DNA of 64,000 bases, from the NCBI RefSeq assembly GCF_006345805.1, contig NC_043002.1:50654001-50718000 (forward strand), in the 5' to 3' direction. Shown here piece after piece: positions 52,153 through 64,000 of the stretch (position 1 is its first letter; every line of letters starts with the position of its first letter). This DNA comes from Octopus sinensis (lineage: Eukaryota). The notes beneath the pieces are model-generated. The model did not search any database. It saw only the letters and a list, made by a program, of their open reading frames with translations, and was not told the origin of the DNA. Both the position numbers and the translations under genes were made by a program.

Positions 52153-52534
52153 CAGTAGAACCTCGCATTACGAGTGCCCCATTGTACGAGTAAAAATGCT
52201 GTACGATCCGAGAGTCATGCGAACTTTTGTCTTGAGTTACGAGAAGCAATCCACAGTACGGGCATACAAATCGTCCAATCTTTAAGGTAATTCGTTTAAT
52301 ATAACCAGTTTACATATTTTTTCTTGCAGTCTCTATTTTATAATTGTCATTTTACTTGTAACTTACACCTGTTCTGTTTTAAAACCAATAAAAAAATTGT
52401 TTTTGAGTCGTTTTCGGAGGCAGGAACGGAATAATTATATTTAGTTAATTTCAACGGGGGGAAATTGATTTGTAAAACGAGTAAGACGAGCTCGGTCATG
52501 GAACAAATTAAACTCGTACTGCGAGGCGTCATTG
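52153..52534. mobile_element. Tigger/pogo-like MITE
   Basis: TA|CAGTAGAACCTCGCATTACGAG ... CTCGTACTGCGAGGCGTCATTG|TA; internal (T)ACGAG repeats. Confidence 0.7.
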
Positions 52535-52633
52535 TACACACACAACACACACATACACACACATACATACATACATACATACATACATACATACATACAC
52601 ACATACATACATACATACATACATACATACATA

Positions 52634-54239
52634 CAGTTGCGGTCAAAATGTTCAGAACGGCATTGTTTTCGTCAGAAAAGTAGATATAATTTTTTATCAA
52701 AGTTGTTTTATATTCTATAATTTTCACAGACAATAAATACGATATTATTTATTATTGCCTGAGATTTCGGTGTAATTTGAGAGGATAATACAAAAGTTAT
52801 GGATGATTTAGTGATTTACTGCAAAACCCATGGCGGCCAAAATGATCAGAACGGTTGCTTTTACTCCGTGTTTTAGTATATTTAACTGGCGAACTCTAAT
52901 GTTTTGAATTTGTTTACGTGACGTTCGTTTACTAAACATTAGTAAGAATATTTGCAGTATACTTTATTAATATAATGCCACTTACTCCGTTACCAATTCG
53001 TCAGCAGATTATTAAGCTTCGAAGGAGGGATAATTTAAGTATTGGATCTATTGCAAAGATTGTTAACAAGTCAAAAAGTGTTGTACACAGTATTCTTAAG
53101 GTCTACGATGATTGTGGTTCGTGTGAAGCAAGAAAGTTTACAGGTAGGCCAAGAAAAACGACCAAGAGAGAAGATCGTGCTATGGTAAAGTTGGTTAAAA
53201 AGAACAGATTTAAAACTGCTGCTGCTGTTTCTCGGAAATTGAGCATTGTATTGAAGAAAACTTTATCTCGAAAAACTGTCTCGTCGTTTAGTTGAACATG
53301 ACCTACAAGCAAGAGCACCTGCAGTGAAGCCACTGATCAGCTCCAAGAATAAAAAGTGTCGTCTTAACTTTGCAACCGAACATGTGTTGTGGTCTCAAGA
53401 AAAATGGCAAACGGTGCATTTCAGTGATGAATCTAAGTTTATGCTATTTGGCTCAGATGGGAAAAGGTACGTTCGTAGAAAAGTAGGTGAAAAATTGTTG
53501 CCTAAATGCCTTAAGACTAGTGTTAATTTCGGTGGAGGAAGTGTCATCGTTTGGGGAATGATATCTGGAGATGGTGTGGGCCCTTTGGTGCGATTACATG
53601 GAAAGTTAAATGCAGGAGTTTATAAACAACTTGTAAAAGATCATGTCTTGCCTGTGCTGAGAAATTCAACTAAGCGACCACCCATATTCATGCAGGACAA
53701 TACCCCATGTCACAAGGCTAAGGTGGTCATGAACTTCCTCAAGGCTGAAAAGGTTATTGTTATGGGTTGGCCAGCTCAAAGCCCAGATCTCGATCCTATT
53801 GAAAATGTGTGGAATATTCTAGGAGAACGTTCGAAAGCCAGAAATCCTAAAACAACTGAGCAGGAAGAATGGAATAAGATCACCCAGCAAGAAATTGAAA
53901 ATTTAATTTCCTCATGCAGTCGAAGATGTCAGAGTGTGATTGAAGCTAAAGGGCTTCACACTAAATATTAAATAATTCCAGTATTCTCTGTCATTTTTGA
54001 TTATTTTGTTATTTTTCAACCGTTCTGATCATTTTGGCCGCCATGGGTTTTGCAGTAAATCACTAAATCATTCATAACTTTTGTATTATCCTCTCAAATT
54101 ACATCAAAATCTCAGACAATAACAGTTAATATTGTATTTATTGTCTGTGAAAATTATAGAATATAAAACAACTTTGATAAAAAATTATATCTACTTTTCT
54201 GACGAAAACAATGCCGTCTGAATATTTTGGCCGCAACTG
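52634..54239 (+). mobile_element. Tc1 (DD34E) transposon with long IR/DR-type TIRs (~224 bp)
   Basis: TIRs 52634-52857 and 54017-54239; TA flanks; each TIR has an outer and inner direct repeat GCGG.CAAAAT..TCAGA. Confidence 0.95.
52975..53971 (+). pseudogene. Tc1 DD34E transposase, frameshifted near 53280
   Basis: HTH and TGRPRKT in ORF 52975-53295; FSDESKF, GGGSVIVWG and QDN..(34 aa)..SPDLDPIE in ORF 53324-53971. Confidence 0.9.
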
Positions 54240-54369
54240 TATATATATATATATATACATATACATACATACACACATACACACACGTCTAGATATGCAA
54301 CTATATGCATGAGAATACATGCATAAAACATGCAAATCTGCACATACATACATATATCTATTATCCTTT

Positions 54370-54712
54370 ACGCGTTTATTTCATTAGACTGCGACCATAC
54401 TGGTACCTATCGGTCTCTTTTGTCGAACCGCTAGGTTACGGTGACGTAAACACACCTACACCAGTCGTATATATCTATGTGCTTATGTGTGTGTGTGTGT
54501 TTTGTGTCTGCTTGTCACCTACCACCACCTGACAATTGGTGTTGGTTCATTTACTCTCCCGTAACATAGCGGTTCGGCAAAAGAGAACGAATGAATAAGT
54601 ACCAGGCTTTAAAAAATATAACAAGTGCTGGAGTCGATTTATTCAACTAAAAATTCATGGCCGTGCCCCGGCATGGCCGCAGTCTGATAACCGGAACAAG
54701 TAAAAGAGTAAA
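54370..54712. mobile_element. two SINE family A 3' fragments in opposite orientation
   Basis: TTCATTAGACTGCGACCAT..GAACCGCTAGGTTACG (minus) and CGTAACATAGCGGTTCGGC..CATGGCCGCAG..GTAAAAGAGTAAAAG (plus). Confidence 0.65.
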
Positions 54713-55526
54713 AGCTGAGAGATACGTTATATATTTATGTGATACAACCAGTTAATTCAGATTTACATCTGATAATAACTTGTGTCTTTCAAACGGTAAA
54801 GAACCATATAAATTTCAACAGAGAAAAGAGAGCAGTCTTTATGGCTGTAAGAAGGAGAAAAGGGGAGAAGGAGAGAAGAAGAGATGCAATGTAAGTCTGG
54901 GAATAAACAATCACATCATCGAAATCTCAATGCTATGAGCTGATACTGGACTAATTCAAAGCAACGTGAATAAATAAATAAATTACATCCGACAGAGTAA
55001 TTTCAAAGGTAAGGGGTTAATCAAAGCACTGTGAAGAGGCTGAAGAAGACGTTTTGAACAGTGGAAGATGCTGTTTATTCATTCATTCTCAAATAATTAG
55101 TTGAAGTCTTTTTCCACACATAAAAAGTAACTGATATTATCGAGTCTGAAGATTTAAATTTCGAACGACATCGGAAAGTTGCTTCAGATTTATATATTTC
55201 TCACTTCTGTATTCGTGAAATAGAGGACGAAAAGAAAATTCTGGACTGGAAGCGAGAAAATCTTGATGCAGTGATCCATTCTTAAGTACAGACATGTCTC
55301 GACTTTATATAATGTTGCAAATTGATAAACTGGAATAATTTGTAATCTATTGTACCTGTAAGCGTTCTACTTCACAGGAAATCATTTGCGCACGCATGGC
55401 CAGCTTGTTACCACAGCAGAATTTGTCGTCAGCAACGAAAGAGAGATATGCCTCCTCACTTTTTTCATAAAGCTTAACTGTCAATGCCAAAGTCTATACA
55501 ATATTAGAAAAGTTGAAGCTCTAGTT

Positions 55527-55877
55527 CAGTGATTTTCAACCACTTTTACCTATGGAGCCCTTTAACTTCTATTTTATGCTGGTGGACCCCAACAGACATT
55601 CGATGTTTCAAAAACTAGTTTTATAGATACTTCTTTCAAAAGTCCTGATTTCTTTTTCTCAGGTTCACTTGCATACATTAGCAAGAGATATGTTTAACTA
55701 TGTTAAGCTTTTGAAAAAGAAACCTAGCTGTATCTTGCAGGACATCTAAGGCAAATTGTTTTCATGAGCCCTTAAAATGATATTGTGGATCTTCAAATGA
55801 CTATTTTGCTTACGTTGACAGCCCAAAATCTTATATAGACCCCCAGGGGTCATATAGATTCTGGTTGAGAACCACTG
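55527..55877. mobile_element. hAT (Charlie/Buster-like) MITE
   Basis: TIRs CAGTGATTTTCAACC / GGTTGAGAACCACTG; degenerate 8-bp TSD CTCTAGTT / CCCTAGAT with CTAG core. Confidence 0.7.
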
Positions 55878-55885
55878 CCCTAGAT

Positions 55886-56200
55886 AGTGAGAGAGAACGC
55901 AACGGAAGACCGTACGTCTTCCAAACAGACTCTACGACGCCTCATAAGGATAGAACAACCCAAGTGAGGATGCGTGCCAATTTTCCTGATCATATTTTCT
56001 CAGACCTATTCCACAGAACTATTACGTATAGGGCGTATCGAGAAAGAGAGGTCAATCAATATGCCCATAACACCATACAAACTCTCAAGTTCTCTGTAAA
56101 CAGCACAATGTCTAAAAGTTTATATAAAGCATCTCATTCGGAGATGTCAACGCTTCTGACCCCGTATTGAAGCAACATTCATGCTGACAATAAATTCATT
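55886..56200 (+). mobile_element. maT/mariner transposase remnant, interrupted by the hAT MITE
   Basis: NGRPYVFQTDSTTPHK..NFPDHI..EREVNQYAHNTIQTLK is homologous to 10197-10830; an upstream piece lies at ~55395-55518. Confidence 0.6.
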
Positions 56201-56267
56201 GAATTGGTGTTATAAAAAGATTCTCAAGATCATTCGTACCAAATCGTTTCCAAATACAACTTCGTCT

Positions 56268-56580
56268 GTGGAGGCGCAATTGTCCTGTGGTTAGGGCAGC
56301 AGACTCGCGGTCGGAGGATCGCGGTTTCGATTCCCAGATCGGACGTTGTGTGTGTTTATTGAGCAAAACACCTAAAAGCTCCACGAGGCTCCGGCAGGGG
56401 ACGGTGGCGACCCCTGTTGTACTCATTCGCCACAACTTTCTCTCACTCTCTCTTCCTGTTTCTTGAGTAACATTGCGATGGACTGGCGTACCGTCCAGCT
56501 GGGCGGGGGAGGGGGACATATACGCCACAGAAACCGGGAAATCGGGCCCATGAACCTGGCTAGGCTTGAAAAGGGCGACA
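56268..56580 (+). mobile_element. tRNA-derived SINE, family C (full length)
   Basis: tRNA-like head GGAGGCGCAATTGTCCTGTGGTTAGGGCAGCAGACTCGCGG..GGTTTCGATTCCC; A-rich tail. Confidence 0.8.
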
Positions 56581-56686
56581 AAAAAAAGCAACTTCTATGA
56601 GCTATGCGTCTTTTTTCTAAATTCTTGCAAATGATCTCAAAAAACTGACACAGTCTGTATATAACAGGACATTATACAATATGCTT

Positions 56687-57695
56687 CAACAGGTTACAGC
56701 TGTTTCTGCTATAAGATACAGTACAGTCAGAGCTGACTGTTTGTGCCTCACCTTATATCTTCCTCAGAGCTTCTGAATCGAAGTGCAAGTTTATTTGGGA
56801 AAAGGTTGATATATATGGAAAATACAGACCCCCGTCAGTCACGAATGACTATGGGGTTGAATGTTGAAATTACGCTCCAATGCACAAGACTAGGCAAGAT
56901 TGTTTATGGAATACCAGCAGTCACATATGCATAGTAACCTCCCCTCTCCGTGTCACCGATGTTATCCAAAGGAAAAGCAAAGGCCGAAACAGTATGGAAC
57001 TGCTGTATAATAAATGGTGTATACTGTAAACCCTCGGATATCGCGGATGTTACGTCCAAAAAACCCCCACGATAGGTGAAAATCCACGAAGCAGAAACAG
57101 CACTGTATTGTATATGTTTTTGTATTTTTATTTTTGTAATCTGTATATATTTATTTTATTATAAATGCAAAACAACACACCACACTCGCGTCACACATAC
57201 AGTGTGTGCGGTTCTTTGTTCACTCATCTACGGCACACTATTTTCTCTTAATATATTTAATTAATGTGTTATACTGTGCTGTGCTGTACTGTAGTTTATT
57301 AGTTTATTAATTTTTGGGCGTGAAAATGCTTATTTTACCACAGAAATAATTAAAATCTTAAAAAATATAATTAACTATCGGCCGCAGAAACCCGCGATAT
57401 ACTGATGAGTTGGCGATATAAATTTACATATATTAGCCAGAAAAATCCGCGATGTACTGAGGGTGCGATAGGTGAACCGCGATACGGCGAGTGATTATTG
57501 TATTTATATATTTTCTCTGAGTCGCTTGTAGCCTTCATTTTAAATGCGTTTTCATATTTTTGACGGTGAACTTTTCCGTGTTTGTAAATGCTTTTCGAAT
57601 TAAACTTGCACTTCATTTTCGAAGCTCTGAGGAAGATATAAGATGATGCAAAAGCAATGAGCTTTCAGTGTGCTGTATCATATAGAAGGAACAAC
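56687..57695. repeat. ~110-bp inverted-repeat pair (56695-56805 / 57590-57695) with hammerhead-like core
   Basis: CTTATATCTTCCTCAGAGCTTC..GAAGTGCAAGTTTA versus TAAACTTGCACTTC..GAAGCTCTGAGGAAGATATAAG. Left arm reverse complement gives CTGAGGA..GAAA-CAGCTG-TA. Confidence 0.7.
57024..57500. mobile_element. Tigger/pogo-like MITE
   Basis: TA|CTGTAAACCCTCGGATATCGCGG ... CCGCGATACGGCGAGTGATTATTG|TA; repeated (C)GCGATA motifs. Confidence 0.65.
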
Positions 57696-57746
57696 TACTG
57701 CACGTTGTCCTGCTTCCTTGTCATTTATTCAATTTCATATATATAT

Positions 57747-57821
<75 letters not shown>

Positions 57822-57840
57822 ATATATATATATACATAAT

Positions 57841-57927
57841 ATATGTAAGCATGCATATATGTATTTATAGTGGTAAAGGCTTGTGAAGGAGCAGCCACAC
57901 TTTTGGAAATGCTGATGGCAAAAAGTT

Positions 57928-57971
<44 letters not shown>

Positions 57972-57983
57972 TATCTATATATA

Positions 57984-58038
<55 letters not shown>

Positions 58039-58039
58039 T

Positions 58040-58090
<51 letters not shown>

Positions 58091-58114
58091 TATATATATA
58101 TATATATATACATA

Positions 58115-58148
<34 letters not shown>

Positions 58149-58177
58149 CTATATATATATACTATATATATATATAT

Positions 58178-58215
<38 letters not shown>

Positions 58216-58303
58216 AACTTTTTGCCATCAGCATTTCCAAAAAGTGTGGCTGCTCCTTCACAAGCCTTTACCACTATAAATACATATATGCATGCTTACA
58301 TAT
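57841..58303. repeat. near-perfect ~90-bp inverted repeat around a ~280-bp (TA)n tract
   Basis: 57841-57930 versus 58213-58303 differ only by one base in a homopolymer (TTTT versus AAAAA). Confidence 0.95.
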
Positions 58304-58394
58304 ATACATCCATCAATCCATCCATCCATCCATACATACATACAAACATACAAACATATATATATATTATATACATATACATAGATTTATATAT

Positions 58395-58436
<42 letters not shown>

Positions 58437-59252
58437 CACACATACATATCAGTATGCACGTGTGTGTGATGAGTGGCTGTGTAAGGTCATATATGCATAT
58501 AAGAGCATTTATGTATACGTTCCTTTACAACTCCCTGTATTTCAGACTGCATATGAATGCGTTTGTTACTGTATGAGTGTGTTTTTGTGTATTGCTGTAT
58601 GTGTTTGCAAGTGCACGCGTGAGAGAGAGAGAAAGAGAGAAGGAGAAAAAGACACAAAGAGAGAGGGAGAAAAAAGAGAGAAAGAGAGATCTGAATGTGT
58701 ATTAAGTGTGATATCAATAACACATCCGTATGTCACTTATACAAAATCAGGACTAACATCGGAATAGACTGCGAGAAAGCGGTTGAGCGAGAAACATTCA
58801 CCTTTACAAGACAAGTTATTACAACGTATGAATTTCGCATGATGTTTGACAGATGAAACGTTAGTGTAGGAACTTCTGCCGTCATTTGAGATATGCACGA
58901 GTGAAAAGAGGCGCCTAAGACTTTGTCGAAATGCACTCTTTATGACGGAAAATATCTACGCTTTCATATTTTCTCATAGTATTTAGAGAGAGAAAATAAA
59001 GAGAAATATGGCTTTCCCACAGCAAACACAACATTAGTTTACTGCCGACAGACGGCGCGTCAAAAGCTGGGAGCTTCATGTATTTTCTATTGGATTAATT
59101 CAAATGCCACATTCACTTACGTGTACATTTTGAGCGGCCGCCATTTTTATGAAGCAAAAGAGGCGAGTGATTTATTGCATATATTGAGTTAGGCTCTGCT
59201 GCTGCTGCTGCTACTACTACTACTACCACTACTACTACTACTACTACTGCTA

Positions 59253-59293
<41 letters not shown>

Positions 59294-59372
59294 ACTACTA
59301 CTACTGCTGCTACTACTACTACCACCATTACTACTACTACTGCTTCTGCTGCTGCTGCTGCTACTACTACTA

Positions 59373-59420
<48 letters not shown>

Positions 59421-61310
59421 ATCATTGGTGCTGCGACTAATTTTACGGTCAATGTGACATTCTCAGAAAGTAACATTGCTACTGCTTGATAATGTCGTTC
59501 GTTTCCGATGATAATGATGATGATGATGGTGGTGGTGGTGGTGGTAGTGATAGCGAGCGAGTATGACAATGATGACAACGATGATGATGATGATGATGAT
59601 GATGACGATGTTGATAATGATCATGACTGTGATGATGTAGTGTTGCTGCTGATGATGAAGATGGGGTGATGGTGGTGGTGGTGGTGGTGGTGAAGTTGGC
59701 AATGGCGACCACGACGACGACGGCGATGATAAAAACGGTGTTGATGATAATAACGACGATGATTACGACGATGATGACGATAATGATGAAGATGACACTG
59801 GCAACGATCACGAAAGCAATGACAATGTGATGACGACAACGACAACGACTATAAAGTCGACGACGATGATGACGATGACGGCGATGACTACGACGACGAT
59901 GAAGAAGACGACGACGATAATGATGATGATGACGGTGATGAAGATGAAAGAGGACAACCACGGTTAATGTTCGCGTGATTGAGATGAAAGCAGAATGAAA
60001 TTTCATACAAAAATATCGATTTGTCAGTAAAGCAAGCAACAGGTAAATAATATTTAAGTTTCATTGAATAGATTTTTGGAGAAAATGGTTTTCTTATATT
60101 GGCACCAAGCGAACAATATGAGAGCAACTGTAGCTGAAATCCGGTCATTGTTTGCTTGAATAATGTAACGCAGACCACATTAGCCAAAGTTTCCTTTCTT
60201 TTATGAGAAATCGGCAGTTGCCTATGGAATTAACCCCTTCCTCTCCACGAAGTGATTCGTGTTGTCTAAGGGGAAAAAAATCAACTTTCGTTGGCACCAA
60301 TTTCGCCAGAACCCTAAAAACTAGAACAAATACTACATAACATCCCATCTGGAGTTTTAACAATTCCGCCAATTTCATGAAACAATAAACAATAAACCAT
60401 GACCTCGATGGTATTCGAATGCCGAGAACAAAATGCCGCGAAAACAAATAACGCAAGTTATTCTAATTCGCTGCCATAAAAATATTCATCGTCGTAAATA
60501 TATTTACGTGACAAAACATAAAAATATTTACAGAAAAACAATTTCAATGCTATGAAATAAATTATCGCCTCTATTAAATGTCCTTCCTCAAACGAAAAAA
60601 TATCACTAACATACAATAAATTCACTACTTAAAAATTTCACTGAAAAATATTTTATTCTTATAAAAATAAACCCGCTTTAAGTAAGAAAAAAAGGCCTAA
60701 AAATATCGTCACTGAAAAATCCTTTTGGCCAGGCCTGTGCAGTGAAAAATAAGAAAATGTATAACAAGATATGAATCCTCGATAACCTATGATTTGGGGG
60801 ACATTTGACTTATATTTCTAACGGGTTGTAAGTGATTGTAGTCATAGAAAATTTGGGTGATTTTTTTCTTCCACGGGTAAGGAACATGACTCTGTGAAGA
60901 GCATAGTACATATGCTTGGGAGGTATAGAAAGATATTAGATACTCATAACCCCCATAGATCATGGCTTCGAAGATTCTATTCGGGGTTGTCATGTATATC
61001 TGGTGTGTCATGTCTACGTGGTAAACAGAAATAAAATCGCAAGAAGTTTGTTCTAAATTTAAATACCACATACATACATACATAAATACATACATACATA
61101 CAGACAGACAGACAGACAGACGTACGTACGTACGTACGTACGTACATACATACATGCATGCATAATATATACATACATACATTAGTTCATATATATAGGT
61201 ATATGCATACATATAAATTTACATGTATGTATGTGCATGTGTGAATGTGCTTTTCTATGTATGTATATGTATGTATCTATCTCAGTTTTTCTGTTATATA
61301 TATGTGTGTC

Positions 61311-61348
<38 letters not shown>

Positions 61349-61456
61349 TAAATACCTTCATGACTCTATATATACATACAAATATATATTTGTAAATATG
61401 TGTATGTATGTATGTGTATCTATATGTATATGTATATCTATCTATGTATACACACA

Positions 61457-61525
<69 letters not shown>

Positions 61526-62795
61526 AACACGCAAATATATATTAATGTTTGTTGAATCAACCAGAGGCGATAAATTACAGAACTCAGTACATTAAGTCGG
61601 TTATTATTTATGCAGATATAAATAACAACAATATTTCCTGAATGACTCTAAAATGCTAGTTCTAAGAGATACACGCTTCTGCTCTTTCATTTGACTATCT
61701 GCGCCTGTTGCCTTTTACCTCATCGGATGTTTGAAGTACTATATAAAAAATGTCGGAAAATACATCCCTATTTTTTAAAAGTATCAAGCTTGTGATATCT
61801 ATAGAAATGTTGCTTCAAGATCACGTTTATTTATCTCCTTCCTTGTTCTCTTGAGAATACCAAAATTGTCTAAAAAAATCTACACGCTATTTTTTTATCT
61901 ATCATTGCTTTAAAATCCAAACATCATACAAGAGACGTCAACTCAAAGATGTGTTTTCCCCTTAAAAATTCCGGTAGCATTTAAAGTTTATTTCAACACT
62001 AAGACTCACTTTGAAACACGCGCCTTTTAGCTGAATCAAGTGGGAAATAAAGAAGGCTGATACTCACGCAAAGATGCTTAGCTTCATGGATGCAAGGTGC
62101 TAATACTTCTGTTCATTTATTCAAATTATTATTGTAAGAAAATCTCCATTTTTCGCTCAAAGGTCGCGCTGCAAGTCTATTGCAAGTTACGCTTCTTGTA
62201 GGGTTGTGCTTTATCTACCACCGACAAACTAATTTTGATTTTGAGAAGACTTGTTCTTAGGTAAGAGCCACATAAATTTCAAAAATGCTGTAGCAGACTT
62301 CTGTCAGAGCTGCTAAACGAAAACTTATTGCATTTACTTTTCAGAGTCAGTTCAGTAACTCTAATATATATGTTTGGTCCTTTGCTTTTGTTTTTGATTT
62401 AGGTCTGTACACTATCAAGCCTGTAAAATGATAGCAACCTAACGAGCAATTTTTCACAAATTCTAAAGCCAATGATTAGTGCTGGGTAGATGCTTGGCAA
62501 TATGTTTAAATCAACCTTTTATCTTTATAATCTTTCAAAGAAAAACCAAGATTCTTACTACTGAATATCTAACCTGTGCAGTTGCTATGCAGTATTTTAC
62601 AAATTTTATTATGCTCATTTCCCGAAATCTCTCCCCTTCCTTCCACCTCTCTTCCCCTTTTTCTCTCTATATTATACATACATACATACATAAAGTTAAT
62701 CCAAACATGAAAATACAAAGAGAAAACACACCAACGCGAGGACGTGGAACATGTATAGTGTTAGTGAACGCTCAGGAAAGGAAAGAAAGAAGGAG

Positions 62796-62832
62796 GATTT
62801 AACGTTCCGAGCGGAGCTCTTCGTCAGAAACA
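62796..62832 (-). ncRNA. degenerate minimal hammerhead ribozyme (PLE-type)
   Basis: Reverse complement GTTT-CTGACGA-AGAGCTCCGCTC-GGAA-CGT-TA-AAT; GAAA altered to GGAA. Confidence 0.5.
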
Positions 62833-62922
62833 TAGAAAAAGGAAAGATCCAAGGAAAGGAAGACAGAGAAAGAAAATCGTCCACGATACACACGCGGTCA
62901 CATATTGAATGACATACATACA

Positions 62923-62953
<31 letters not shown>

Positions 62954-62975
62954 GTACATACATACATACATACAT

Positions 62976-63521
62976 GGTGGCTGCCCCCTCGTTATCGAGT
63001 ATGGCCATTGCACGAAGCTTAATCAATGTTGTTATCGTGCAATGCCTGTGCAAGAAGATTTTTTTAAGTGAGGAAAGGCTGTGCACTGAGTCAATCCCAC
63101 TCACTAAGCGACAGCAGCCATAATCCGAAAAGAAGAACAAGTCAACATCATCGGTAGCCACTGAGCCGCAGGTTTTATGTCGGAGTTATCCAAGTTACCT
63201 GAGTTACCTTCTCCTAGAAGGATCTCCTAACAAAGGCTAGGAGTCCTTCATTCCCAATGGTTTAACCGCGCGATCGGGTATTCAGTCCGCTTATTTCTAT
63301 GTCCCCGCGCTTGATACAGCCTTAAGACCTTTATTGGATGGCCGTTGACTCTCAAGTGTTCCTCCGCCCTTTGACGGGTTTAGTTTTTCATCTCGCAGGG
63401 GTCCAATAAACACCCTCCTCACCAAGCAAGCTCGGTAGGGTTGCCGGTTTAGTCGCCGACGGCCCGACCATGCAACAGGTTGTACTGGGTTACATGTTAC
63501 CAATAGCACTCGAAAGTGGCC
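62976..63521 (-). mobile_element. short non-coding retroposon, probably RTE-derived, within (ATGT)n
   Basis: GC-richer ~545-bp block bounded on both sides by (TACA)n; shares GGGCGGAGGA..GAG.TCAACGGCCA with 42840-42872 on the opposite strand. Confidence 0.5.
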
Positions 63522-63954
63522 ATACATACATACATACACCCCCGACACACACATATATATATATATATATTTATATATATATGTATATATATATGTATAT
63601 ATCATTTAATGTATACTGTAATAGAATAAGAGTCACTAATATAATTTTTTCTTCTCATTGAACCACGTGGTTAGGCAAACCTTTAAAATGTGCCTGGACA
63701 CTGACAAGAAATTATCAATACCTCTTATTTAGATGATATTTATGTTTCACTGGTTGGCGTGCATTTTGTTGATCATTTCTTAACGCAACAATAAACTGTA
63801 CATACATACATACATACACACATACATACATACACACACATATATAATACATACATATATAAAATACATATATACATACATATATACATATATTTCTCTG
63901 GTTTAAAATGTGACTTTGTTTTCGTTATACTACTGAATAATAGGAATAATAAAC

Positions 63955-64000
63955 CTCTGAACGAGGTATAAACAGTAATTACACGACAATGTGAGGTATA
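63955..64000. mobile_element. terminus of a third family P1 element (runs off the window)
   Basis: CTCTGAACGAGGTATAAACAGTAATTACACGACA matches 21805-21838. Confidence 0.85.

Noticed and set aside
55145-55190. CTGAAGA..GAAC as a hammerhead
   Set aside because: No consistent stems I-III or NUH site in register.
56268-56345. tRNA-like sequence as a true tRNA gene
   Set aside because: Continues into a SINE body shared with 44725-44890, and the acceptor stem is not intact.

Overview
AT-rich, microsatellite-saturated eukaryotic non-genic DNA. The SINE families and repeat style resemble octopus (coleoid cephalopod) genomes; this is inference from recognition, not a database result. No host protein-coding exon, rRNA, bona fide tRNA gene or CRISPR array is recognisable, and most ORFs in the track are translations of simple repeats. 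The window contains: two full-length but disrupted Tc1-type transposons; maT/DD37D, Tigger-like, hAT and Helitron remnants; Tx1/L1, R4/Dong, RTE and Penelope-like (PLE) retroelement fragments; and many tRNA-derived SINEs. Two things stand out. (1) A ~2 kb gag/ORF1-only retroelement (18800-20844) sits inside the tRNA-like head of a SINE with a 17-bp target-site duplication. A second, diverged relative follows at the identical nucleotide. Its 3' tail resembles those of a Tx1-like LINE and a SINE in the same window, suggesting a SINE-targeting LINE/half-LINE/SINE system. (2) About a dozen type I hammerhead ribozyme motifs, intact to degenerate, occur mostly in fold-back (inverted-repeat) elements of several families, probably PLE-derived.
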